Assembly: GCF_964213995.1 (NCBI RefSeq)
Contig: NC_135816.1
Span: 92,132,001 to 92,196,000, forward strand
Direction of reading: 5' to 3'
Source of the DNA: Mustelus asterias
Lineage: Eukaryota
Length of the DNA stretch: 64,000 nucleotides
The notes under the pieces: generated by a model
Database searches by the model: none
The model's input: the letters and a program-made list of their open reading frames with translations, nothing else
What the model was told of the DNA's origin: nothing
Position numbers and translations under genes: made by a program
Shown: positions 11,173 to 23,080 of the stretch, one piece after another
How positions within the stretch are numbered: the stretch's first letter is position 1
How the letters are laid out: every line of letters starts with the position of its first letter

Positions 11173-11429
11173 ATACTCTTTTCCTTAGCTAGCTGAAGGA
11201 AGAGCTGGCATGTTGAAATTACTGAAGAATTTTATCATCTCTGTTTGCTTTCAACAAGGAGGCTCCCCAAATATAGAAAATGTGGTCTACATTTTTGAGG
11301 AGTTCACCATTATTCTTCTTCAATGGGAAGGTCGCTGGCAGGAAGCAAAACACACAACATAAATAACGTAAATAATGGTGGGTAGAAAGTGCACAGGAGA
11401 TGCAACTACTCAGAGAAACTAATTATATG

Positions 11430-12290
11430 TGCTGATTCTTCAGCACCTTCAAGCCAATCACTCAATGGCCCACCCGTTGAGAGCCAAGCATGGATGGGAA
11501 CTCATCAAGGTTAGGGGGACAGTCAGTATGCACTTGAGAGAAATTTATGAAGAACTCCTCAACCAAGACTACATCTTTGACTTCAATGCCCTCAATATTG
11601 TTCTTCAATGGTTGGTCTGGCTCAGTGTCAGTGCCCCAGTACGGAGCAAGAGTGAAAAAGCCAATCAACAGCTGAAAAAAAAAATGGCCTCCAGAGCAGA
11701 CAGAATCCCTGCCAAAATTCTGAAACACGGCAGAGCTTCACTGCTGGCATAGGCTGCACAGCCAGATATTCCTCATCTGGGAAAAGGGATGCATGTCAGG
11801 AACAATGTGATTATATTCCAGAATGGAGACAAATTTGCATGCTACAGTTGAAGAGGTATATAGAGAAAAACAATGCAAGAATGCTCTGCAATAATTTTCT
11901 CAGTGTCACAGGGCTCCTTCCAGAGTCACAATGCCATTTTGCCACCCCCATCCCCTCCCCTATCAAAAAGCATCACAGACATTATTTTTTCTACAGGGCA
12001 AAGATGAGAAAAATGCAAGGAACAGTAGTAACTGCAGTTTGTGGTCCTTTTTGACCTCACAAAGCTGTTTACACTGCCATATGTGAAGCTTTATCCCATA
12101 TGCTTCTCCAATTTGGCTGTCTTCAGAGATCTGTCACCATCCTCCATCTACTCCACATTGGCATGCAAGCCATTATCCTCATCAACAGAATCACACCAGA
12201 CCCTATCTCAAAGAAGACTGGGATCAAACAAGGCTGTGTTATTGTTATTGTACCAAATCTCTTTCTTCTCCACTTTCCTCTCTGCACCTC
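11430..12290 (+). mobile_element. RTE-clade LINE RT fragment, degenerate
   Basis: ADRIPAKILKHG, LPESQC.F, FDLTK and TGIKQGCV remnants. Confidence 0.75.
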
Positions 12291-12667
12291 ACCACAAGCA
12301 AATTGCCAACAGGCATTGAGATAATCTACAGAACAGACAGGAACCCGACATCACCTTCAAAACAGAATCAGTCCAACCTCAGACATCAAATTCAAGTATG
12401 CAGATGCCTGATTTGTAGGCTAAATCTATCCAACTGCCTTGACTCCATGACCTATAATACTCTTGCCTCACAAGCAATCTGCTTGTAAATTTTGAATTCA
12501 CCAAGTCTCGACAGAATTCAAGACTTCCACTATATTTCCTGTAAAGTGATTTTTGACATTGCTCCTAAACAGACCAGTCTTAGTTATACAAACATCACTC
12601 ATTTCTACATTTAAATGGCAACAATCATTTTACTATCAACTTGTTACGTAATAAAATAAACATTGTA

Positions 12668-12790
12668 ATAAAACAAAATGCTGTGGATGCTACAAATCTG
12701 AAATAAAAGCAGAAAGTTCTGGAAATCCTCAGCAGCTTCTGTGGAAAGAAACAGAGTTAACATTTCCAATCCAATATAATTAATTTTGGG
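12668..12790 (-). mobile_element. Old PLE family-2 3' end fragment
   Basis: aaaatgctgtggatgct...aatctgaaataaaagcagaaa...ctggaaat matches the 3' ends at 23185 and 43563. Confidence 0.6.
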
Positions 12791-12944
12791 AACGGAGTGT
12801 TTACATCATTCTGATTTCATTTTAAACGATAATTGGTGTAAATATTATTATTCTTACAGATATCTGATGTAACTCTGATTTCAGACCTTCCTCTGAACAA
12901 TTCATAAACTGAACTCCATCTTACTGTCCATTCCTTCGCTAAAG

Positions 12945-13250
12945 ACCCGGATAGAAAATCACCACCACAAGATGGCGGGCACCGGTTGCCAGGGTAACCC
13001 GGGCCTGTCGCCGGAGATGAAACCTCGCCAGCTCCCCCTTCCCTCACCAAGATGGTCGCCTCTGTTCCTATCTCCCTGAACAAACCCACCTTCCTCTCCC
13101 AACATGGCGGCCGGTGAGCGGCCTCCCAGTACGCAGGTGTAGTGTGCGCGCTGTGAGCAGGCTCAGTGTCAGTCACGGTGAGGGAAGCAACTGGAGGAAT
13201 GGTCACTGAGGCTGGACAGGGAGTTTTATCAACTCTTGAGGTAGGCCTGA
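12945..13250. promoter_or_regulatory. CpG-rich promoter/first-exon region with three YY1-like motifs
   Basis: aagatggcgg (12969), aagatggtcg (13049), aacatggcggcc (13101); candidate + strand donor gag|gtaggc at 13240; lies between divergent ZNF copies. Confidence 0.6.
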
Positions 13251-13989
13251 GGCCCCGAATAGGAGGCTGTGTTTACCCCGTGGTGATGGGGAAGATTTTG
13301 TTGAGGCGATTCTCAGGCTGCTTTAGTTAGTGAAGCTTTTAAACTCAGAGTCTCGTCTCGAATCACAAATTGAGTGGTTATATTTAAAATATGATTTATC
13401 TACTAAAAATAAATTCATTTGTTTAAAAACAAGTTTTACAGCATCTGTCAAAACACATTTCAATAGTAATAGCCTGATGTATTTCTGATGAGAATTTTAA
13501 TATTACTGACTGACAAATGAACATCATTTTGGGGAAAGATTCATCTTAAAATGGTGATGTTTTAATTTACTCTCTAATTTCAAAATTACTTGAAAATGTC
13601 TGTTCATGAGCAAATGGCAAAATGAGGCACAATGCACCGGCTGCATTTAGAATCATCCCTCACTTTTTGTGACTCACTGCTTTTGTCTCTCTGCAGGAAT
13701 TATTTACCCTGGTTTTGTGGCACAAATAAATGCAGGTACAGGACCAGGATAATGGTCACCATGATGTTTCAGCAGCGAACAGAGCAGGTCTGTGCTCACT
13801 GGGAATGTAACAGAGAGTGTGAGTGGCGTATGTTCGTATGAGAAAAAAATATTGACTTGTTCATTTTATTCTCACTCTGCACATGGGCCAAAGAACTGAA
13901 TTCAGCTGGAGTGGTGCTGGTTGATGCTTGGAATGAGACATTAAATAGTGGAGGTGGTGTGATGAGTTTGGATGAGATGGTGAGATGAG

Positions 13990-14317
13990 GGGTGGCACAG
14001 CACTGCTGCCTCATAGCTCCAGGGACCCGGGTTCGATTCCTGGCTTGGGTCACTGTCTGTGTGGAGTTTGCACATTCTCCCCGTGCCTGTGTGTGATTTG
14101 TCTGGGTGCTCCGGTTTCCTCCCACAGTCCAAAGATGTGCAGGTGAGGTGGATTAGCCATGCTAAATTGCCCCTTAGCATCCAAGGATGTGTAGGTTAGA
14201 GGGATTAGCAGAGTAAGTATGTGGGGTTGTGGGGAAAAGGGCCTAGGGTGGGATTGTTGTCAGTGCAAACTCAAGGGGCGAATGACTTCCTTCTGCACTA
14301 GAGGGTTTCTATAATTT
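13990..14317 (+). mobile_element. HE1 SINE
   Basis: ggttcgattcc B box, V-domain core and HE1 tail. Confidence 0.9.
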
Positions 14318-14780
14318 CAGCCCAGATAAGAGAGACAATGATTTAGAGGGTAAATAAGAGCAAATAATGTTTCATGGAAACTAGAATTGTCTGTTCTGAA
14401 TCAGCTTTCTGAACTCTGTTTCCATGATATTTGAAGAAGAGGATTTACAGCCAGTCAACTCAAACTAAACTTCATGTCAAGGTTGGGCAGTGCCATTCGA
14501 TTCACCATGACCTAAACATCTTTGGCCTTTGACAGTGGAAGGAGAACTATTGCCCTGTTTGTGGAAAAAATATTTCATAATTCAGTGTGACTGGAAAAGC
14601 ACCAAGAGCCACACACACATCCGAGTGAGAGTGTTCTGGTGTCCTGACTGTGGAAAGAGTTTGAACCAGTCATTCTGCTAGAAAAGGAAATCACAGCATT
14701 CAGAGTGGGTATAAACTAGATAAATGTTGTGCGTGGATGAAACTTCATCCAAACTGGAGAGAGTCAAGCACACTGGCACC

Positions 14781-15893
14781 ATGGAGAAACCATGGAAATG
14801 TTCAGACTGTGGGAAAGGATTCAGTTATGCATACCTGCTGGAAAACCATCAACGCAGTCACACTGGGGAGAAACCATTCACCTGCTCTGTGTGTTGGAAG
14901 GGATTTACTTTGTCATCCCACCTGCTGTTACACCAGCGTATTCATACTGTGGAGAGACCTTTCAGCTGCACTTACTGTGGAAAGAGGTTCTCATGTTCAT
15001 CTAACCTGAATGCACATCACCGAGTTCACACTGGAGAGAGGCCGTTCAGTTGCTTGTTGTGTGGGAAGGATTTCTCTTGGCGATCAAGTCTTCGGTCACA
15101 CCAGCAAATTCACACAGGAGGGAAGCCATTCACTTGCTCAGTGTGTGGGAAGCGATTCACTCTATCATCCAAACTGCTCTCTCACCAGCGAACTCACACT
15201 GAGGAGAGGCCGTTCAGCTGCACTCTCTGTGGAAAGAGATTCAGGTCTTCTAACCTCAATGCACACAAGCGAGTTCACAATGGGGAGAGACCATTCACCT
15301 GTTCATCGTGCGGGAAGGAATTGACTAAATCGTCCAGCTTTTTGTCACATCAGCGAATTCACACACAGGAGAAGCCATTCAGCTGCAATCACTGTGGGAA
15401 ATGTTTCAGGCAGTTATCAGCCCTCACTGCACATCAACGCATTCACACTGGGGAGAGGCCATTCATCTGCTCCATGTGTGGGAAGGGATTCATTCAGTGT
15501 GGCAGCTCGCATTTACACAAACTCACTCACACTGGGGAGAGGCCATTCACCTGCTCTGTGTGTGGGAAGGGATTCAAGCAGTCATCCCACCTGCTGACAC
15601 ACCAGCGTGTTCACAGCGAGGAGAGACCTTTTAAATGTCCAGACTGTGGAAAGTGCTATAAAAGTTCAGGGGAACTGATGTCGCATCAACGTATTCACAC
15701 AGATGAGAGACCATTCAGGTGCTCTCACTGTGGGTTTGGGTTCAAGCGATCATCTGAACTCACTGTACACCAGCGACTTCACACTGGGGAGAGACCATTC
15801 ACCTGTTCTGAGTGTGGGAAAGGATTCACTCAGTCATCCCACCTGCTGATGCACCAGCGAGTTCAAAACTGTCGAGAGACCTTTCCCGTATAA
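14781..15893 (+). CDS. Tandem C2H2 zinc-finger protein (12 complete fingers plus 1 incomplete), no effector domain
   Basis: Uninterrupted ORF with TGE(K/R)PF linkers; strong Kozak gcaccATGG at MEKPWKC; an in-frame upstream ATG at 14724 is also possible; the acceptor homologous to 50436 reads ttccat here, so an alternative such as atttacag (14450) would be needed. Confidence 0.88.
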   Translation: MEKPWKCSDCGKGFSYAYLLENHQRSHTGEKPFTCSVCWKGFTLSSHLLLHQRIHTVERPFSCTYCGKRFSCSSNLNAHHRVHTGERPFSCLLCGKDFSWRSSLRSHQQIHTGGKPFTCSVCGKRFTLSSKLLSHQRTHTEERPFSCTLCGKRFRSSNLNAHKRVHNGERPFTCSSCGKELTKSSSFLSHQRIHTQEKPFSCNHCGKCFRQLSALTAHQRIHTGERPFICSMCGKGFIQCGSSHLHKLTHTGERPFTCSVCGKGFKQSSHLLTHQRVHSEERPFKCPDCGKCYKSSGELMSHQRIHTDERPFRCSHCGFGFKRSSELTVHQRLHTGERPFTCSECGKGFTQSSHLLMHQRVQNCRETFPV

Positions 15894-16165
15894 AAGTTCA
15901 GGGAACTGATGTCCCATCGATCTGATCACGCTGCTTAGGGACTGTTCAGGTGACCTTACTGTGGGACTGGGTTCAGGAAATCATCCCAACTCACTCTACA
16001 CCAGTGAATTCACACTGGGGAAAGACCGTTCACCTGCTCTGAGCAGTGGAAGGGATCCGCAGAGATAGTCAACCTGCTGAAGCCAGCACACACGCACATT
16101 CATCTCTGAGTATAGGAAGGAATTCACTCAATCATCTCGCCTGCTGAAAGAGCAGAAAGTTTATG
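15894..16165 (+). pseudogene. Decayed duplicate fingers downstream of the stop
   Basis: tataaaagttcaggggaactgatgtc repeats 15657-15682, followed by broken fingers. Confidence 0.75.
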
Positions 16166-16244
16166 AGGAACTATTTTGATGTTGTTTTACTGTTAATCAC
16201 ATCCAGGACTGAACCAAGTTCCTTGGTCTGTTTTTTATTCAAAC

Positions 16245-17172
16245 AAAGACAGTTGTGGTTGTTGGTGGTCGATCGCCTCAGCTTTAGGACATCACTGCAA
16301 GAATCTCAGGGGAGTGTCCCAGACCCAACCATCAGTTGCTTCATCAATGACCTTCCTTCCATCAGTTCAGAAGCGGGGAATATTTGCAGCTGACACACTT
16401 CAACACCATCTGCAATTCCTCAGATACTGAAGCAGTTCATGTCCCAATGCAGCAAGACCTGGACAATATCCGGGATTTGGCTAACAAGTGGCAAGTAGTA
16501 ATCATGCCACATTAATGCCAAGCAATGACCATCTTCAACAAGAGAGAACCTAACCATCATACCTTGACATTCAGTGGTATTACCACCACTGAATCCCCCA
16601 TGTTACCATTGACTAGAAACTGAACTGGACTAGCCTAATAAATACTGTGGCTACAAGAGCAGATCAAATGCTAGGAATATTACTGTGAGTAACTCACCAC
16701 CTCACTGCCCGAAGCCTGTTCCACCATCTACAAAGCACAAGTCAGGAATCTGATGGGATACTTTTCACCTTCCTGGATTCATGTAACTCTATAACATTCA
16801 AGAAGCTCCACTCCCTCCACAATTGACCCAGCAATGTGTGTACCATCCACAAGACACAAGTGCACCCAAGCTCCTTCAAATGCACCTTTCAAGCTTGTGA
16901 CCGCTATCACCTAGAAGGATAAGGGAAAATGACACATGGTAACATCACTCCCTGGAGGTTCCCTTCCAAGAGAGACACCATCCTGACTTGGAAATATCAC
17001 CGTTCCTTCAGTGTCACTAGGTCAAAATCCTGGAACTCCCTCCCGAACAGCAGCTACATCATATGACCTGCAGCGGTTCAGGAAGGCGGCTCACCTCCAC
17101 ATCTCAAGGCCAATCAGGGAATTGTATTAATAATGCTGATCTAGACAATGACATCCTGGGAAAGAAGAAAAA
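16245..17172 (+). mobile_element. CR1/L2-superfamily LINE (non-HER1 family), 3' part
   Basis: QGSVPDPTISCFINDLPS, MQQDLDNI..WQV and LTHHLT remnants; 3' end shared with the second SINE family. Confidence 0.82.
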
Positions 17173-17214
17173 TCAACATTTTTGTTCTTCCCATTTTAAT
17201 TGGGGTCAACACGA

Positions 17215-17582
17215 TGCTTTTTTTATTCATTCATGGGACAGGGGCATCATTGGCTGTCCAGCATTTATTGCCCATCCCGAGTTGCTCTTGTTCAGAGGGC
17301 AGTTGAGAGTCAATCACATTGCTATGGCTCTGGAGTCACATGAAGGTCAGACCAAATAAGGAAGGCAGACTTGCTTCCCTAAAGGACATTATTGAGCCAG
17401 ATGGGTTTTCCAACAACCGACAATGGTTTCATAGTGTTCAGTAGGTACTCTATTCCAGATAAATTTTATTCAATTCAAATTCCATCACCTACTGTGGTGG
17501 ATTTCAAATCTGGGTCCCCAGAACATTTGTTGAATTTCTGGATTAATAGTCTAGCAATAATACCACTAGGCCATCGCTTCCT
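17215..17582 (-). mobile_element. Second tRNA-derived SINE family
   Basis: Reverse complement matches 28905-29225, including the tail. Confidence 0.82.
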
Positions 17583-17599
17583 GCTGCTCGATCACCTTC

Positions 17600-18002
17600 T
17601 TCATCTCCTCCTGTCAGTCATCCATTCCTCTCAATCCTGTTCCATTCATCATTCATATTTCTATCTAGGCATCACTCCATCTGGTTGAGAGCTTTCCTAT
17701 TATTCTTCCTGACAGTTCCACGTCCATCACTTGCCTCACCACATTTCCTCTCTCTCTCTCCCCAAATTATTTCAATATCTGCTCTGCTACTTACTTCAAC
17801 ATTTCCACAATCTTCATTAAATGCTGGTTCCTGATCTTGTTTGTTACTGTCATTCCACACATTCATCTCAGTATCAATATCTCATCATTAGTATCCAGTC
17901 TTGTTACAAGTTTCTGCACTATATAGCAAGGCCGTTCTCACAACTGTAGTGTAGATTCTTCTTCACAATTTCAGTCACATTTTTTCATCACAACACTCCA
18001 TG
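17600..18002 (-). mobile_element. RTE-type LINE C-terminal fragment
   Basis: Minus strand reads GVL....RIYTTVVRTALLYSAET...LR.MCG.T..NKIRN with frameshifts. Confidence 0.6.
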
Positions 18003-18383
18003 GCCCTTCATCCCGAAAATCAGAAACCCACACTGTGGTGAACAGTTTGATTCAGACTCAGACAGTGGCCAGGATAACAACAAAATCCAAGCAATGCAGT
18101 CCGATGGAAACTCGCTGATGTTTCAGCAGGTTGAATGACTGAGTGAATTTCTTCCCACACTCAGCTCAGTTCACTCAAGTGTGAGTGAGTTGACATTTCA
18201 TCAGGAATTTAGTGCTTTTAAAATTCTTGACACAGAGAACAAATAGAAGGTCTCTGAACAACTTAATGAGCAAGTGAGGCTGGCTGCACAAGTGAATCAT
18301 TTCCTGCATAAGCACACGAATAGCATCCTGGTGTAAACGCACATGTTGCAAGGGACTGAATCCCTGAAATATAACAAAAGTTT

Positions 18384-18698
18384 TTTAAAGTTTAAAATTT
18401 ATTTATTAGTGTCACAAGTAAGTCTTATATTAACACTGCAATGAAGCATCTGTGAATTTCATCAAGTCGCCACACTCCGGCGCCTGTTTGGGTCAATGCA
18501 CCTAACCAGCATGTCTTTCAGACTGTGTGAGGAAACCGGAGCACCCAGAGGAAACATGCAGACACGGGGAGCACCCAGAGGAAACATGCAGACACAGAGA
18601 ATGTGCAGACTCCACACAAACAGTGACCCAAGCCGGGAATCGAACCCGGGTCCCTGGCGCTGTGAGGCAGCAGTGCTGACCACTGTGCTACCGTGCCC
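18384..18698 (-). mobile_element. HE1-headed SINE with an alternative 3' tail
   Basis: HE1 head and core, then gtgtggcgact...ttcattgcagtgttaat...cttgtgacactaataaata; internal 30-bp duplication at about 18538-18597. Confidence 0.85.
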
Positions 18699-19082
18699 TC
18701 CATTGGATGTGACAAAGTTCAGTTATGGAGCAGCTTAATTTAGAGAAAGGCAGGACTAACCTATAGACTAAAAGATAAAGTTCAGGTTGAGATTTGGAGA
18801 ACAGCGAGAGCTATACACATTCTGTCATATCTGGACAGCAGATTGCTATTTCTCGTAGCTTCTGGTTTTTTGCTTTCCTACATTTTTTGTCGTCTTTTCT
18901 GTTTTCTCCATCGCACCAAACCTCTCGGGGATCATTCTTATGCTGTTTTGCAGGAAATCATGATCATATGAAAAACAAAATCAAGGAAATCCAGTAATTT
19001 GAAATATGTTCTGGTTATATATTTTTAAACTATTTAAAAATGGGAATGGTGCAGTGGCAGGGACGGTTTGGCTGGGTTAATG

Positions 19083-19406
19083 GGTGGCACAGTAGTTAGC
19101 ACTGCTGCCTCACAGTGCCCGAGACCCGGGTTCAATTCCAGCCTTGGGTGACTATCTGTGTGGAGTTTGTACATTCTCCCCATGTCTGTGTGGGTTTCCT
19201 CCGGGTGTTCCGGTTTCTACCCACAGTTCAAAGATGTGCGGGCTAGGTTGATTGGCCATGTTAAATTGCTCCTCGTGTCCCAAAATGTGTAGTTTAGGGG
19301 GATTAGAAGGGTAAATATGGGGTTACGGGGATAGGGGCTGGGTGGGATTGTTGTCAGTGCATGCTCGATGGGCTGAATGGCCTCCTTCCACACTGTAGAG
19401 ATTCTA
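19083..19406 (+). mobile_element. HE1 SINE
   Basis: A/B boxes, V core and HE1 tail. Confidence 0.9.
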
Positions 19407-19425
19407 ACTAATGCTTTTGAGATTT

Positions 19426-20138
19426 TGATGAGCCTAGCAATCCTGAAAAGAGATGTTTTTTGAATGCAAGTTTCTAACAATGCAGAAAAGAATGTCAAGG
19501 GCTAGGATAGGATGTTAGAGATTCAAAGGAGGAGATGAGGTGCAAACTTTTCAATTACATTCTGAAAGATGGACTAACAAAATGAAGGTAATTAAGTGTG
19601 CTTTCTGAGGTTTGTTCAGCTAAGGCAAGATCAAAAATGAAAACAGTATATCAGCAGCAATTTTCAACCCAGGCAAGCTTGCTGTTTGAGACCTCAGTCA
19701 ACAGCAGGAAAAGCGGTGTGAGCTCCCAGCTGACTGCGTCTGTGGATAACCAATTGTTCTGTCAGAAGCAACGCTGAAAAATATAAGTGCCTGATGTAGT
19801 AACTAATACTGGATTTTGCCTATAGTTTTAAAAACCCTATAGGATGTTTTGTGGGACAGTTTGGCTCTCAAGTTAGGGAATTAAAGGTGTTTGGAACTGG
19901 GTACGTTTAGGTATGCTGTCTATAGCCATTGAGTTAAGTTGTATTTTTAGTTGACTTTCTTATTGTGTATTTCATTATTTAATAAACATTTAGTTAAAAT
20001 AATCGCAATGGCATCCTTCTCTGGCTTTCACATCTCCCCTCAAATTAAACCAAATTGCAAAAATACAGATGAAGGCAGGTGTTAGAAGTTTCTGGCGTTT
20101 GGACACCCTGGTGTCCACCATCAGCTGTGCTCTTAACA
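19426..20138 (+). repeat. Possible solo LTR
   Basis: TG...CA ends and aataaa at 19981; no clear TSD. Confidence 0.35.
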
Positions 20139-21042
20139 CTAGAAACCCCCAGACTGGCTCCCTGAGGCTACCAATTGGAACTGTCCATATACATTTCACT
20201 CTTCACGGTGCAAATGAATGGCTTCTCCCCAGTGTGACAGCATTGATAAGTTTCCAGCTGAGATTAAAAAACTGAATCCCTTACCACAGTCCCCACATTT
20301 CCACGGTTTCTTCCTTTTGTGGTTGTCCTTGTATTTCTCTAGTTTGGATGACCATTTTAAGCCTTGTATAGGATTACACTGCATATACGGCACAGAAGCA
20401 AGCTATTTGGTCCACCAGTCCAGTCCTTGTTGATGCTTATGTTCTACTCAAGCCTCCTCCCATCTTTCCACTTCTAAACTTATTGTAACTCGATATTCCC
20501 TTCTCCCTTGTTCTTTGGCCTCCCATGAAGACATTGATACTATTCACTTCACCCACTCCCTGTGATGGTGGTGAGTTGCACACTCACCATTCTCTGGGTG
20601 AAGAAGTTTTTCCTGAATTCCCTATTTGTATCATGTATCTTGTGCAGTTTTTTTTGTGCAGGTAGTTCTATGCATTGGTGCTATTTTGTCTGTACACAGC
20701 AGTCCTTGTTACTGCAGCAGCATAATTCATCTTAATTGCGAAAGTATTTGTTTTAATCTGGACTAATGCAGGGTTGCTATTTTAGTGTTTTCCACTGGGG
20801 TTATTCAGAGTGGGGCTTGATCAGGTTTTGACTGAAAAAGTCAGGCCAACCCCCCACTCCCCTCACAGTTATCACAGCTCTGGTAGCACCTAACCCAACA
20901 CCACCCATCCACTCAAATGGAGACTCATAGCAAGCTGTTCATTAACTTTTGCCATGAGAGAGGTCACCTTGCCAAACCCATTACGCCATCTCCCCCACTC
21001 CCAGTTTTTTCCCTCCCTCTGCTCTGGCTGCGTTCAGTTCAC

Positions 21043-21715
21043 GAGACTCCAGGATGGTATGTTGCCTCCCTGGTGCTCGGGTCAAGGATGTCTCGGGGCA
21101 GCTGCAGGACATTCTGAAGGGGGAGGGCGAACAGCCAGTGGTCATAGTACACGTTGGTACAAATGACACAGGTAAAAAAAGGGTCCTAAAAGCAGAATAC
21201 AGGGAGCAATGGAGAAAGTTAAGAAATCGGACCTCAAAGTTAGTGATCTCAGGATTACTACTGGTGCCACGTGCTAGTGAGAATAGAAATGACAGGATAT
21301 ATCAGATAAATACGTGGATGAAGAGATGGCGTCAGGGGGAGGGTTTCAGATTCCTGGGGTATTGGGACCGGTTCTGGGGGAGGTGGGACCTGTACAAATT
21401 AGATGGGTTACACCTGGGCAGGACTGGGACTGATGTCCTCGGGGAGTGTTTGCTAGAGCGGTTGGAGAAGGTTTAAACTAATATGCCAGGGGAATGGGAA
21501 CCTATGTAAGGAGTCAGAGAAGGAGGGAGCAAGGACAAAAACAAAAGGTAGAAAAGGGAATAAGACAAGTGATAGGGAGAGAAAGCAAGGACAAAGTTCA
21601 AATAGGGCTATAGAAAAAAATACTGGGATCAAGAAAAACAATGTTAAAAAGACAAGCTTAAAGGCTTTGTACCTTAATGTGCGGAACATTTGCAATGAAG
21701 TGAATCAACTAAATT
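21043..21715 (+). mobile_element. CR1 ORF1 SGNH-esterase domain plus start of the ORF2 endonuclease
   Basis: MVCCLPGARVKDV...VIVHVGTND...DGLHL; ALYLNVRNI.N at about 21663-21700. Confidence 0.88.
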
Positions 21716-22320
21716 CATAGCGAAGGTTTACCAGGCTGATTCCGGGACTGATGTATGAGGAGAGATTGACGAGGTTAGGATTGCTTCCACTGGATTCAGA
21801 CGAATAAGGGGGGGATGTCATAGAAACTTACAAAATTCCAGCACGACTGGACAGGATAGATGCAGGGAGGATATCCCCAATGTTAGGGGAGTCCAGAACC
21901 AGGGTTCACAGTCTGAGGATTCAGGAGAGATGTGGAGATGCCGGCGTTGGACTGGTGTAAACACAGTAAGAAGTCTCACAACACCAGGTTAAAGTCCCAA
22001 CAGGTTTATCAAATAAACCTGTTGGACTTTAACCTGGTGTTATGAGACTTTTTCCTGTGATTCAGGAGAGACCAGTGAGGACAGAGGTGAGGAGACATTT
22101 CTTCACCCAAAGAGGGGTGAGCCTGTGGAATTAATTACCACAGGAAGTAGTTGATGCCAAAACATTGAATGCATTCAAGACGCGGCTGGATATAGCACTT
22201 GGGGCAAATGGGATCAAAGGTTATGGGGAAAAAGCAGGATTAGGCAGGATATTGAGTTGGATGATCAGCTATGATAATGAATGGCAGAGCAAGCTGCTGC
22301 TATCTTCTATGTTTCTATGA
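21716..22320 (+). mobile_element. CR1 3' end, interrupted by a PLE mini-insertion
   Basis: RRFTRLIPGL and FFTQR.VSLWN motifs; ttctatgtttctatga tail. Confidence 0.85.
21930..22058 (-). mobile_element. PLE family-1 minimal fold-back insertion, no ribozyme core
   Basis: Tail gatgtggagatgccggcgttggactgg, inverted arms of about 45 bp, TSD gattcaggagag at 21918-21929 and 22059-22070. Confidence 0.88.
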
Positions 22321-22794
22321 GCCACTTTGTGCAGAGTGAGAATATAATCAATGAATCAAATATTTTCTCTCCTAGCCATTGGGACCCTGAAACCCTGACC
22401 ACTCTCTATTGCTTCACCAAGATGACTGCACATAAAGCTGGAAGGCCCTGCAACTGCAAATGCAGGATCTGCAGGCTTTTGGGAGGTGTTGCGACCTCCA
22501 GTGGGTGTTTCTGAATCCTCCATATCCACCTCCCAGAGTTTCTTTCCTTCCCAGAGATCAGAGTCTAATTGATTCGAGCCCAAAATGTAACCTGATTTAT
22601 TATCTCCCACATCCTCTGATATGAACCATCCTCCACTCGCTGAACCAGGTTGGCGGCTGTTAACCTGGACCTATTCCTGAGAGGGAGAAGCTCTGTTGCT
22701 GCAAACTAGGGAGCTGACAATTATTCTGAAAAGTTTGTGGATCAACAAAGTGTTTCCAAATCCTCCCAGTCCAGCCAACCGCTCTATCACGACA

Positions 22795-23080
22795 CAGTGG
22801 CACAGTGGTTAGCACTGCTGCCCTCACAGCGTCAGGAACACAGATTCAATTCTGGTCTTGGGTGACAGTGGGTGTGGAGTTTGCACGTTCTCCCTAGGTC
22901 TGCATGGGTTTCCTCCAGGTGCTCTACTTTCCTGTCAGTCTATAGATGTGCAGGTAAGGTGGAGCTGCCATGCTCAATGTGTGGAGTTACAGGCATAGAT
23001 AGGGCAGAGGGTAGGGCTGGGGTGGGTGCTCTTTTGCACAGTCAGTACAGACTCTGCATTGTATGAATTTGATGCTTCTA
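22795..23080 (+). mobile_element. HE1-type SINE, diverged
   Basis: gtggcacagtggttagcactgctgcc head and gtgtggagtttgcac core. Confidence 0.8.

Larger units (their letters stand above)
18050..20370 (-). pseudogene. Fragmented ZNF pseudogene exon (pieces at about 18050-18360 and 20195-20370)
   Basis: KKPWKCGDCGKGF at about 20275-20315 and terminal finger remnants at 18110-18170; interrupted by SINEs and an LTR-like repeat. Confidence 0.7.

Noticed and set aside
12817-13206. 129-aa minus-strand ORF
   Set aside because: Non-ATG start, no recognisable domain, and it lies in a GC-rich promoter where stops are depleted
13632-14780. KRAB, SCAN or other effector exon upstream of the ZNF arrays
   Set aside because: No such motif is recognisable in any frame here or upstream of the other arrays; a highly diverged domain cannot be excluded by eye
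14737-15634. Alternative-frame ORFs overlapping the ZNF CDS ([24 protein letters not shown])
   Set aside because: Standard shadow frames of repetitive C2H2 codons
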